A stretch of DNA of 55,328 nt, the filler included, from Sphacelaria rigidula (taxonomy: Eukaryota): the NCBI GenBank assembly GCA_964200075.2. It is 4 parts of 4 records of this genome, joined end to end, with 100 filler letters (N's around TTAATTAATTAA, not from the genome) between each part and the next. Parts side by side here need not be neighbours in the genome. Positions count along the whole stretch, not along the records: positions 41,575 to 55,328 come from CAXNAA020002687.1; 3 more parts are not named here. One strand, given 5' to 3'. Each line of letters opens with the position of its first letter. Positions within the stretch are counted from its first letter, which is position 1. Below are positions 44,704 to 55,328 of the stretch, in pieces. A model generated the notes under the pieces. The model saw only the letters and a list, made by a program, of their open reading frames with translations. It searched no databases and was not told the DNA's origin. The position numbers and the translations under genes were made by a program.

Positions 44704-44804
44704 CCGGTGCTGACATCAAAGAGATGGCAAACTTGACGTTCGCAGAGGCATACGGCCAGGACAAATTCAGCGAGTGGGCACGGCTCGGCAAAATTAGAAA
44801 ACCG
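44704..44804 (+). CDS. ECHS1: Enoyl-CoA hydratase (crotonase) exon
   Basis: CAG|(A)GADIKEMANLTFAEAYGQDKFSEWARLGKIRKP|GTGAGT; upstream exons not found in this contig. Confidence 0.93.
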
Positions 44805-46599
44805 GTGAGTCTCGAAACTGAAAAGCTCTCTCTCTCGCTCGCTCTCTCCCGTTCTCTGTAGGGCCATACCTCTGTTCGCATATTTATTCCGCTGGGCCAG
44901 CAGAGCCGATCGAGGGATGCCGTTTCCTTGCCTGTCGGGATTCGCGCAGGTCGTGATAAGGGATCTTCGATTGATCCGCATATTGCCTTTTGTGGTGCTT
45001 GTGCACTGCAACGATTTATATATGTGGCAGGTACAGTAGCGTGCAGAGTTCATATGTGTCGAAGTACAGCCTTGAAACAATCCCATGGTCCCTGCACCCG
45101 GAGAGGCCTGCACCCGGAGAGGGTGCCACCACTGAAATGCTGGCAGCGTCCTAGAGCTTCCCACCCTTGATGGGTATCCTGATGTCGTCTCGCTGGGTCT
45201 GTCTCTCCGCACAAGGGCTACGCTCCACGACCCCATTTGCGTTTTCTGTGCCGCGGTTTCCTCTCGTGTTGTTCTGGTGTAGGCATGGGGCACGAGTCTG
45301 CCAGGGTTATTTTTGCTGACCCTAGCAGAATGTAAATAGGCATCGGTATGTGACACCTGAAGTGTGCTCAGAAGCTTATTTTCAATTACCCATCCAGCTG
45401 CCAACAGAGCTCTGTCTCTCGTTGCTGACCTGGTCATGTCTTACACGGTCAGACGTTGGAGGCACGGACGAGGAGGCTTCGTAAGTTGTACTTCGCACTT
45501 CATGGCGTGCAGGAACCGGACAGACTTCGTGAAGTCATGTGCGCCACCTCGTTGGCATCGCACCGAGACCCCAAGAATCTGAGAAAGTAAAGACTCCTCC
45601 ACATGAAGAGTCAGTACAGGCGGGGCCACACGAGACGCATGACGCCGGGGTTCATGGGAGCAGAAAAACAAGGGACGAGACACATGTCATCCCCATCTGT
45701 CTCGCAAATGCCAGCCGCAAAACTCATGGGCGTGTCGTTTGTGAGGGCCCCATAGACGTTTCGTTAGTGCGGAAGTCATGCCCGTAGGCGTATCGTTTGT
45801 GCGAAACTCACGGGCGTACCGTTCGTGACGCCACGTAGCACCCGCGCGTGACAAGTTATTCAAGGGTCGGACGAATCGATGCTTCGTCTGGAAATGACTT
45901 AATTTTAGTGTCATTGATTCATACCGTACGGATCAATCCTCAGGCTTTGTTTTCAGCGTCGCAACCCAGGTACGCGCAGCCCAGGCACGTGGAACGGCGC
46001 AAAAATTGCGTGGGGATGTTTTTGACCAGAGGTTATTTTTTGTTCTCTCTTTTTTGAGCAATCGTGCCTGAAAAATCGTGGATTTGGTGATTCGCACCGG
46101 CGATGATTCGTCCGAACCGTGACGTTATTGAAAGTCTGAGAAGTAATCACCCGGGATTAGGCATTCAGGAGGGGTGGTGACGACCGAACACCGGGGCAGT
46201 ACCGTAGGTGCTGGTATTGTGCCAAGCTAATCGGGCCCGGTGAACTCATCACCCAGGGGTGCTCGTGCACGAGGGTGGTAGTTCCGTGCTGATGTCCTAC
46301 TGTACCACATACGCTACAGCTAGATGTGTGGAAACTTTGATACAGCATAACTCAGGTTGAGCATAACTCGGCACGACGCGCTGCGCACCTAAACTACTAT
46401 CGATGCCATTTCATGTATAAGAGGCAGGGAACTGTGGGGTTGGTTCCTCGGGGGTTTGGCGGATTTCGAAAAAGTGAAGAAGAAATAATTACATCATCTT
46501 TTGGAGAGTATTTTACTCCCGGCTTGAACCGCTCCGCCGGAGCACACATCGGATATCGCACATCCCTAGAGGAGGTTTAGGTGAAACTACAAGTTATCT

Positions 46600-47200
46600 T
46601 GCAGCTCCGCAAAAGTCGAAGCAGTCACCGAGACGTAGTTGTCCGAAATGACGGCGTCGTTCAGGGCACATGGGAAAAATGTATTGCGATGTGGTATAGG
46701 TGCTCATATTGCTGTTCCGAAACCAAGAAACCACTGAAAACAACCATGATGATTGTCACACCGGAACACTTCATTCCCATGGAATACCGTTTGCCACGTG
46801 CGCTATGTCGGTCATGCTTGTAAAGTTCAGGTTTGTGGATCTAGCGAAGCACATGAAGGTTGCTAGTCTTATAGGGTTTCCCGCTCGGGACAAGACAGCT
46901 AGCAAGCCGTTAGTCGTGGGAAATAACCGCTCATAGATGTTGTCTAGGGGACGGGAAATACGGGACCCCCGAATGTCAGGACTGTTCTCTCCGCATTGCC
47001 GAAGTCTCCTATCGAGATATGGTGCCTCGAAGCTTTCTTGACCAGGTGCCGCTTGCTTGCGTAAAGCGGCTTCTGTTTGTGCAGGTCAGTCACCCCGTGT
47101 CTCCGCTTGTTGATGGCATTTAGCGCTTCGTTGATCTGCCCTGTGGACCAGGTGTCCCCTGTCTTGCCGCTGCTCTTCTTGCCTAGAACGAGGGCCCACG
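46600..47200 (-). pseudogene. Possible pogo/CENP-B-type transposase N-terminal relic
   Basis: TWSTGQINEALNAI resembles the psq-type HTH start; downstream IAHVANGIPW..SW resembles a CENP-B HTH; heavily degraded. Confidence 0.35.
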
Positions 47201-48089
47201 TGCCGCTTGGCTGCTTTAGTAAGACGTTAGTCACCTCTCCGACGGATGACCTGTTTGTTGTGGTTTTGCGAGTCTGTCGCATTTGTGTCGTTGTCGCGAA
47301 ACTTTCTCGTTTTCTTTTTGTCGGGTGTGCTCCCACACCGCACCTCGAATCACCTGCGGTTGACGCCGAAGGAGGATGCTACGAGCATGCTATTCAAGGA
47401 AGACCAGTTACTGTGGACGCTGTTTCGGTGCCCTACTCGTAGTGCGTAGCCTTTCGGATGTGTGGATGGAGCACACACAAGATGCCGGTCCCAGAGAGGG
47501 ATTTTACTCCTTGAGACCAGATCGCTAGCCTGCTCTTGGCCGTGGGAAATGATATTTTGTGGGAATTGTCTAGGGGACGGTACACACGGAACTCCAGGGA
47601 CGTCAGAGACATGCTCTTCCTGTCGGTGGTCTCACGTCTGCTTTTCCGTGAGGCGCTTTTTGGGTGCCCTGCGTGTTCAATGAGTCGGTACAACGGATAG
47701 AACACGTGTTGACAGTCGACGCGACCAGTACAATGACGCCCGCCTTCTCACCAGATGCTGCCGCACACTTAACGACATTGGTCACGTATTATTCGGTTTC
47801 GTGCATGTGGATCAGTCAACGTGCATAAGATGCCATGAGCGATGTGCCGTGTACTCGAAACAGCAGTAGATACGGTACCGTGCGGCCATTCTTCTTCGCA
47901 AGTGTGAGGCGCATGTGACACATGAGACTGTGTGGCATCGATTCAGCCGCGTTCACAGCATGTGGACGCGGAACGCCACGCGGACTCCTTTTTTAAACCG
48001 TACTGCGGTTGTCGTTTCAACACCAATCGTTTTCATTGGGACTTGTAGCAGTATCGTCAGCGCAGGCAGTGCCGCGAAGCCCCAATGCT

Positions 48090-49441
48090 CCTTCATCCCT
48101 TCTAGACTATTCCAGCCTGCCCTTTCGTTACGTTCTTCCATACAGCCCTATCAATTAGGGTCGCCTATCCTTTTTTTTGCATGTTCCTTGCGCTATATTG
48201 CCATGTTCAGTTTCTCGTGTATGTACTTGTTGTAGGTGGGTACATACACAATTCTGCCGTCAATGGTGTATTGCTCGTCGTTTTGAAGCCTCGAAGGATT
48301 TTCGTAGCTGCTGTCATCCGTGCTGTTTCCAGCTGCTTGCACGAACTTCCCGCTCCCTTCCCATACTTGTGCGTGTGTGAGCTTCGGTACAATCACATTC
48401 GTCAGAATTCATGTCTTAATCGTAGTGTCGACATGCGATTCTCTTGAGATCACGCCCATCTTGCCTATCTGTGCCTTACTCTTCCCCATTACTTTACCCG
48501 TGTGTCCATCCCAAGAACTGTTTTTTATATATCTACGCCAAGGTATGCTTACAGGTCTACGATCGGTAGCTTATACCCTTTCTCCACTTCCATTCGAACT
48601 ATACCGGGTTCTCATCTTCAATATATGAAACTATAGCGCATTTGTTGACGTTCGCCGTCACTCTCCGTTTCCTAGTGTATTCTAGTGACTTCTCTACTTA
48701 TTTCTGCGATCCTTCTGGTGTTTCTGATATCCCCACGACCGCGAACATCATTCCCGACACCGTATCTTCCCCCACCTTGACTCCTCACGTTGCTGCCTCT
48801 ACTTCTACTATCATGTCATCATTGAATTCCCTAAACAAGGTGGGTGATGACGTACATCCTTGCGCAACTCCTCGTGAGGTATCAACATATTTCGACTTTT
48901 CCCCGTCTAGCATCAAAGCACTTCTCGCACATTCTGTCATCCTTTTCACCGTTGTCCACATGTTTCCTCTGATCCCAGTTTTCCACATATATTTCTATAG
49001 TTCATTTCTCCATACTGTTTCACAGGCCTTCCGTACGCCTAGAAAAACACCGTACGTTGTTAAGCCCTCGTCTTTCCTACCTCGAATAATCATACTTGAT
49101 GTGTGCACATAGTCTACGCAGCTGCGATCTGGTCTAAACCCTGCTTGTCCGTGCTGTTTTTTCTTCCTTCTCCAGCATCGTTCCCGCTCTACTCTTCAGA
49201 ATCTTACAGAATGGGTTTCCCACGGTGGTCAGAAACGTGATCCCTCTGTGATTCCCCTGGGTCAGCCTTGTTCCCCATCTTGAAAGATTTACTGCTACTC
49301 CTTCCTCCCACCTCTTGGGCGTGTACCCGTTTTCCCAGATCCAGTTATACAACATAGTCATCACGGTAATCACTCCCTCGCCCCCGTGCTTCGTACATTC
49401 GTTCACTAGTTCGTCTGCCCCTGCTGCCTTTCTATTCTTTC
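48090..49441 (-). mobile_element. LINE reverse transcriptase relic (related to 17090-18716)
   Basis: RKAAGADELVNE, RGITFLTTVG, GIRGNMW, GVAQGCTSSPTLF, KLETARMTAATKILR; inside an ECH intron. Confidence 0.92.
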
Positions 49442-49920
49442 GGGGGGGATGGGAAGGGTGTACTCATGATATTGCATGCCGTAGTCGTGAAATCGTTGAC
49501 CTCACGGATGGCGAGGGGGATGGGGGGGGGGATACCGCTGTGTAATCGACCCTACGAGTGGATTGCGTTCTCGGTTGTTGTAGGTGAAGAAAGCCGGTTG
49601 TCAAACATGAACAGTCATCTCTTTCTTCAAACTAGGACATCCATTACGCAACGCACATAACCTTCACCGATGCTCATGTATCTTGGGAGTCGATCCACGG
49701 AGCCGTGGCGGCGTAAGCCGCCGGGACCCTCAACTTGTAAGCCGCCGAAACCCTTGGATAAACATGTCTGTCTATAGACGCGTTTACCTGGTCGACTCCC
49801 CAAAGTACTTCGTAAAAACAACACACAACCACTTACTCGTATTGCCGTGTACTGTTCATGTTCAAACTCTAGGGAATTTTCGCATGCCGCTCGATGTCGC
49901 TCCTCTATTGCTTGCCGTAG

Positions 49921-50047
49921 CTCATCGCAGCGGTCAACGGGTACGCGCTCGGCGGGGGTTGTGAGCTCGCGATGATGTGCGATATTATCCTGGCGGGGGA
50001 AAAGGCCACATTCGTGCAGCCCGAGATCAAGGTCGGAGTTATTCCCG
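49921..50047 (+). CDS. ECHS1: Enoyl-CoA hydratase exon with both catalytic glutamates
   Basis: [50 protein letters not shown]. Confidence 0.96.
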
Positions 50048-50453
50048 GTGAGAACTTCCATGCCCTAGACGTGAGTGGAAGCAAGTTGTGGAGATGTTTT
50101 GTTGGTGTGATGATTGGTCACGGCGACGCCGAGTGTTGTACTGCGGCTTGCGCTTCTGGCGTCGATTGCTGTGTCCCTAATGTGTTCTCGTGGGCGTTCA
50201 ACATATTCTTCCTCTCGCTTGGTTCTGAGGGAAAGGTTGAGAATATTAGAAACCAGCCGAAGGCGCGTGCGTGTTTTTTTCTTCGTTTTCAAGGGATCGT
50301 TTATAACTCCATGAAACCCCAATATAAGATTCATGTGGTATCCCTTCCCTATTTCTCACACCGTGGTATATCTTCCCGTATTATTTCCCCCCGTTTTGTC
50401 GATGTTTCCCAACCCATTTGTTTTACTGCTTTTACAACACACAAAACAAAAAG

Positions 50454-50558
50454 GCTGGGGAGGTACCCAACGGCTGACTCGAACAATCGGAAAATCGAAG
50501 GCGATGGAAATGATTCTCACCGGGAACGAAATGGATGCACACCAAGCGGAAAAGGATG
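50454..50558 (+). CDS. ECHS1: Enoyl-CoA hydratase exon
   Basis: AAG|(G)[39 protein letters not shown]; phases consistent. Confidence 0.95.
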
Positions 50559-50914
50559 GTGAGGTGCTGCAATCACAGTGCTGGACTATCCAGAGATTAT
50601 GATTTGTCAATGTTTCGGGTGCGGGGCGGGGGGGACGGCGAGGATGGGCTTCGACTTTGAGTTCAGGGCTTCTCCCGAGATAGGAATAATGTTACGCGAC
50701 AAACATTAATCCACTAACATTGGTTACTGAACGATGTGCGCCGTAGTGAGGGTATGGGCATGCTGCGCATTTTGATGCGCTTGTCAACTCCCCATGTGTT
50801 GCAGTCGGTTGTAATGGTAGTCGGCTCTTTTTCCATGGACGCGCGGGCATAGACGTGGCGAGTGAGGATGCCCAGCAGGTCACCGGCTTTTTGTCATTGT
50901 TTGCTCAACTTCAG

Positions 50915-51102
50915 GGTTGGTGTCAAGAGTCTACCCGGTAGAGGAGCTTGTAGAAGCGGCCGTGGAGATGGCGGGAAAGATTTCGTCCATGTCCTTGCCA
51001 GTTTCTATTATGGCCAAGGAAGCAGTGAACGCAGCGTTTGAAGGGAGTCTGGCGGAGGGTGTCCGTCTCGAGCGTCGGATGTTCCACAGCTCCTTTGCGT
51101 TG
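50915..51102 (+). CDS. ECHS1: Enoyl-CoA hydratase exon
   Basis: CAG|(G)LVSRVYPVEELVEAAVEMAGKISSMSLPVSIMAKEAVNAAFEGSLAEGVRLERRMFHSSFAL|GTGAG. Confidence 0.95.
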
Positions 51103-51514
51103 GTGAGAGTGAATGCTGTTGTTCACACTGAGATATTCTGTTCAGTTTCTACTCCTGTGTTGGTTTTTAGGTGTGATGCCCTTCGTTCATGAGGCAAGAA
51201 ATGTCGGAGTAGCCAAATGAACCTGGGTTCAGGTAGCTTCTTGCGAGTGCAGTCAAAGCTAGATACCACGTTTGTGGAAGGTAGTGGATAGTTCGTAATT
51301 TTCAAAGTCTGATATGAGGACATTTCTACTGAAACATTTGATAGCTGGCACCGCAATCGCCCCCTTTGCTTGTGGGACCTAAATCGGTTTTCGTAGGCTA
51401 TGGTCCGAAACGGCGACTATGTCTCCTTGGGCATCGTCCGGGAGTTTTTCAGCTAACCCTTTTTCTGGCATTGTGGTTCGAGTACTCTACACTGGGACCA
51501 GTGCATGTTAACCA

Positions 51515-52820
51515 CCGTGAGTTGCTCTGTGATCGCACAGGGCGTGAATTTCGCACAGGGGTCGTGAGAACGTACCTCTGTACGATCAAAAACACGGTTT
51601 GAAATGATTCAATTGGTGTTTCGCACAGGGGGCGTTGTTTTCACACAGGGGTGCGATCTCAAGGATGCAACGCGTCTCAGCCATCTTCCGGGATTGAGGA
51701 CGCGTGCGCGCGGATGGGTCTTTGGGGCGGACAGCCTGAGTTGCCACGATTTTTGTCTTTATTCCCCTGGTCGTCATGGGGCTTGTCTGGACTACGACGC
51801 ACTGCGGTATGGCCGTGCAGACACAAAAAAACATACGGAGTGTTTTTTTTTTCAATTTATTTTATTCAAGTTCTCGTCGTGCACCTTGGATGAAACCACC
51901 AAAGCCGAACCTTTCACCAAACGCCAACACCGACGAAAAGAACGAAGCCCGAAAGCAAACGCGTACTGGCACCGAACGATATATCTTGCAATTAACCTCT
52001 TCTCTCTCTTCGACATTTCGTGTAAAGGTATACCGGTACCACGACAACTACCGTAGACTCTCACGCTGCGGCACTCACTACCTTAGGCATAAATTATTCC
52101 ATCACCGAGTCTACCCGTACTCCTACTTTGCGTGCAGTAGACAAGCGGTACACGCATTTCCCCACCCTCGATGCCCATTGTGGTTTGGCACACAAATACA
52201 GATAGAGCTGCGCCACTGCTCGAGGCTGCAACCTCGGCGCCGTTTCTCTCTGACATCGCACAAGCGTCTCTGCGTGAGAAGCTTCTCACAACCGCCAGCT
52301 GATCACCAGACAACAGTAGGTGGCTTGTGGCGGCCGGGGAATTCCCGCGTATTTCGCCGCTTTTCCCGTAATTCGCCGCCTCGTCGGGTTTTGAAAATCC
52401 CGCCGCGTGTTTCTTGGCTTGTGCGGTGTGCTTGATGCTGTCGAGCTGTGGCTGTGTGCCCGTGTGTACTTGCTATGTTTCAGGCATCTTCAGACCTTGT
52501 TCCTACGGCAGTACCGTTGCAGATTGTTCCTTTACACCGGCGAAGATTTACACAGTATCGCGCATGGCGGGGTTATCGCACAGGGTGTGTGTTCAAAGAC
52601 CCTGGTGTCATCGAAACTATTTACTCAATATCGCACATGTCGTTGAGATGACACAGGGGTAAGCGATGGAAAGGCAGTACCAGATGATTTAATTCGATTT
52701 TCGCACAGGGGGCGCGGTGTTTGCACAGGGGTCGTGAGAACGCACCCCTGTGCGAAAAAAAAGGTTCGAAAACATTTATAAACCGATCGCACCACTGTGC
52801 GATCACCGAGCAACTTACGG
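51515..52820. mobile_element. 1.3-kb Tc1/mariner-pogo-type non-autonomous element in ECH intron
   Basis: TIRs CCGTGAGTTGCTCTGTGATCGCACAG / CTGTGCGATCACCGAGCAACTTACGG|TA; subterminal CGCACAGGGG repeats; left flank reads CA rather than TA. Confidence 0.82.
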
Positions 52821-53002
52821 TACCTTTCCAGTCACACGTGAGTTGATTTATGCCATCTATACGCATAGAACCTGAAATATGCTTCGAGACAGGACGCGTC
52901 TGCACAGTTGTGCCATCCGCCTGATGAGTCAAGCAGCTGACCCGTCCTCTCCCTGTGTCTTCTGTCTCGTACTCTTGTCTTGTCCTTTATTCTGAATCGC
53001 AG

Positions 53003-53068
53003 GACGATCAAAAGGAGGGGATGGCAGCGTTTACAGAGAAACGCAAGCCGGAGTGGAGCCACAAGTAG
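53003..53068 (+). CDS. ECHS1: Enoyl-CoA hydratase terminal exon
   Basis: CGCAG|DDQKEGMAAFTEKRKPEWSHK*. Confidence 0.95.
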   Translation, partial: DDQKEGMAAFTEKRKPEWSHK

Positions 53069-54087
53069 AGTAGTAGCGAGCACCAGTTGCATGCTGTGTG
53101 TGGGAGTAATCGTGTTAGCACCTTTCATGGGTATTCCAATCATCATATAGTGCGGGCGGTATGTCTGAAATACAAGAACGTAGCATGGTCGTTGATGGAC
53201 GTGTAATCCATGCAGTGTAATCTTTCATAGGCTTCGTCGTCCCCGACCATGTTCAAGCCGAACAGAGCAGCTGGTGATTCCAAGTGAAGTGCGAAGTGCG
53301 GGCGCCTCTAAAATGGCGGTATTTTCCTCTCGAGCATGTATGAGCGGCCCATTGCAATGCGCTGCCCAAAAATACTGTTTTGTGAAGCCGAGGGTGGCTC
53401 GTTCTACTTCGAGATTGACAAGATCCGCATGAAAAAGAGGCTAATGCCGACGACACAAGAAACGACGAGGGTACTGAACAGCCTCTACGTATGGGCTATG
53501 AGGAAGTATGGCCCATGGGATTGGAAGACAATGCCACCTCCATCCCCTCCCCCCACCTCCCCCCTACTATTTTTCATTCATTATAATTAGTGTGTGCTGC
53601 GCTGGTACATCGTGCGGAGTGCCCGCGTAGTATTCGTAGTGGCCATGTACAGAAGCCATACTCAGCAGCGACCCGCTGATGAGACACTCACTTCTACAAG
53701 AATCCGTTTTTTTACACGACCTTCCCAGATTTGCTTTTTCGAAACTCGCTTACTTCGTTAACCTCCCTACTGCACTGTGGGGCCAGTTTTTTTACTGCCC
53801 TTCCTGTATCGTTATATTTATCATGAATCGGGGGGTTGGACGTTTCTTAGGTCGCTTGTTCTACATGTGGTGGGAACAGTTTCTGGAAATTGCCTACTTC
53901 AACGGTTCGACGCTGATTTTTGACCGAAGAAGGAGCTTGGCGGATGTACCACCTCAGAAAGATTTGCGATAGTCGCCGAGGGGAACCCAGTGCGCTTTTC
54001 TACTCTCACGCACGCCCACTTTTTACTTGGCCGACTGTGATGTGCTTTGTGCGTTCTCACAACGCTCAGAGAAGCTCAGCTCACCAC

Positions 54088-54395
54088 GTTAACTAGCATA
54101 GAGAACATCTGAGCCATCGTGTGATTAACTCTCTCAATACCAAAGCTGCCATGTGGGTGGTGGATTCTCGTTGCGATCTTGCAAATGGCCAACAGCTTGT
54201 ATAGTTCACCAGAGTCGGAGCAAAAAAGCCGGGCAGTGTTTGAGAGGAGTCTTCATGGGAAACCACAGTGCTCAATGTAGTCGTGAACGAGAATATCATG
54301 GGTACCAGCAGCTGTGAAATCGCCAGCCGTTACGGCGTACACAGACATGTGGCGATGGAAACGGTCGGTGGAGTGTAAAATGTAGGCATTACGAT
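54088..54395 (-). pseudogene. Ty3/Gypsy integrase core relic
   Basis: AYILHSTDRFHRHMSVYAVTAGDFTAAGTHDILVHDYIEHCGFP*RLLSNT...HHPHGSFGIERVNHTMAQM follows the rve D..D..E layout, with a stop codon. Confidence 0.8.
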
Positions 54396-55328
54396 GAGCC
54401 GTGGTAAATAAAGCTACCTTTACGGCGGCGGTGTCGACGGCGGCGGTGGCATCAGGGGTTGGTGGAGCTACCATGATCGGCTTGGACGACGGAGACGGGG
54501 ATGAGACCATTGTTCGTGTTGAATGTAATTATCAACGAAAATCTGCTCTTTGGCGTTCAACAGCACCAACGGTTGCGGCATCGGGCCAGGCGGAGCATCG
54601 CAGTCAGTATGAGCACGGCGGTGGTGAGGCTGTGACTCCGTGCAGTAGTCAGCGTGGCTATCTAGATGTTTTGGCGATTGCCGGCGAGCAACAGTGGGGT
54701 TCGGTGGCAAAACAGAGTCATGAGACAGCTGATCGTGGAATCAATATATCGAGGACCCCGGGGGCACCGACAAAATCGGAAATATATTCCCACGTCTTAA
54801 GCGTCGGTGGTAACGTGTATTCGTGAATCATGGCGTCGAGGCGAAGACGAAACAGAGATGACGCGAGCGGTCTCGTGGCCGGCCTCAGTAAAACTCTCGG
54901 AACCGTGTGTCGGATAAAGGCTGCGCCGAAGACAGCTGTCGTTATTGGTGCGAGTAAAATCTGCACTGGCGGGATGATCGTCGTGGACTACCGATGGGTG
55001 ATGTCGTCCTGAGGCGCGTACCGAACTTTCGCATATCGTGAGAGAAGAACGGATGATATGATGATCATATCTCTCTTCCAAATTGTAGTGGGGCACTGGT
55101 TGCAATCCGGGGCGCAGTACAGGCGGATGCGGAGTGCGGATGCCCAGCGGGGTCCTCGAATTGCACATGAAACAGCCGATTTTCGAAAATGGGGCTGAAG
55201 AAAAAAAATGAGGTTCAACTCAAAAGCCGTGCTTGCCCTGACCTGAATTCATGACAAATGATTTTCATATGAACCACCCTATCCCTCCCGACCTCCTTGA
55301 AACTATTTCGCGGGATTTCTAGCCTTCC

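Noticed and set aside
52888-52950. Hammerhead-ribozyme-like arrangement (GTC...CTGATGA-GTCA/TGAC stem...CGTCCT)
   Set aside because: The essential GAAA after stem II is missing and stem I does not abut CTGATGA; at best a dead relic, and it overlaps an intron 3' region.
54401-55218. Host gene ORFs near the window end
   Set aside because: Short, mutually overlapping, and adjacent to a Gypsy integrase relic; probably decayed retroelement sequence.

Overview
Eukaryotic, repeat-rich, intron-rich DNA, most consistent with a brown alga (Phaeophyceae, Ectocarpus-like); the organism call is inferred from the EsV-1-7 repeat gene, a stramenopile-type GRK and short exons in long introns. The window is not one locus. 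It is four contigs of near-identical, descending length (13760, 13757, 13757, 13754 bp) joined by artificial N44-TTAATTAATTAA-N44 linkers, so nothing should be linked across them. Contig 1 holds a decayed chromodomain-bearing Ty3/Gypsy element with both LTRs, ~250-bp GAG...CTC MITEs, a SINE, a Harbinger-type MITE and a LINE 5' end broken by a 1.67-kb TIR element. Contig 2 holds the first exons of a Ser/Thr kinase, a LINE relic and the most notable feature: an intact ~1,145-aa protein with ~24 tandem 38-aa C-x4-C-x16-C-x2-H (EsV-1-7) repeats. These are nearly identical except at a few hypervariable positions and are followed by a tail with an NLS-like motif and two SUMO-consensus motifs, which suggests (inference only) a PRDM9/TALE-like modular nucleic-acid reader. 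Contig 3 holds the first three coding exons of a G-protein-coupled receptor kinase among transposon debris. Contig 4 holds five exons of an ECHS1-type enoyl-CoA hydratase with TE-filled introns, plus a Gypsy integrase relic. All alignments were made by eye, and boundaries of degenerate repeats are approximate.
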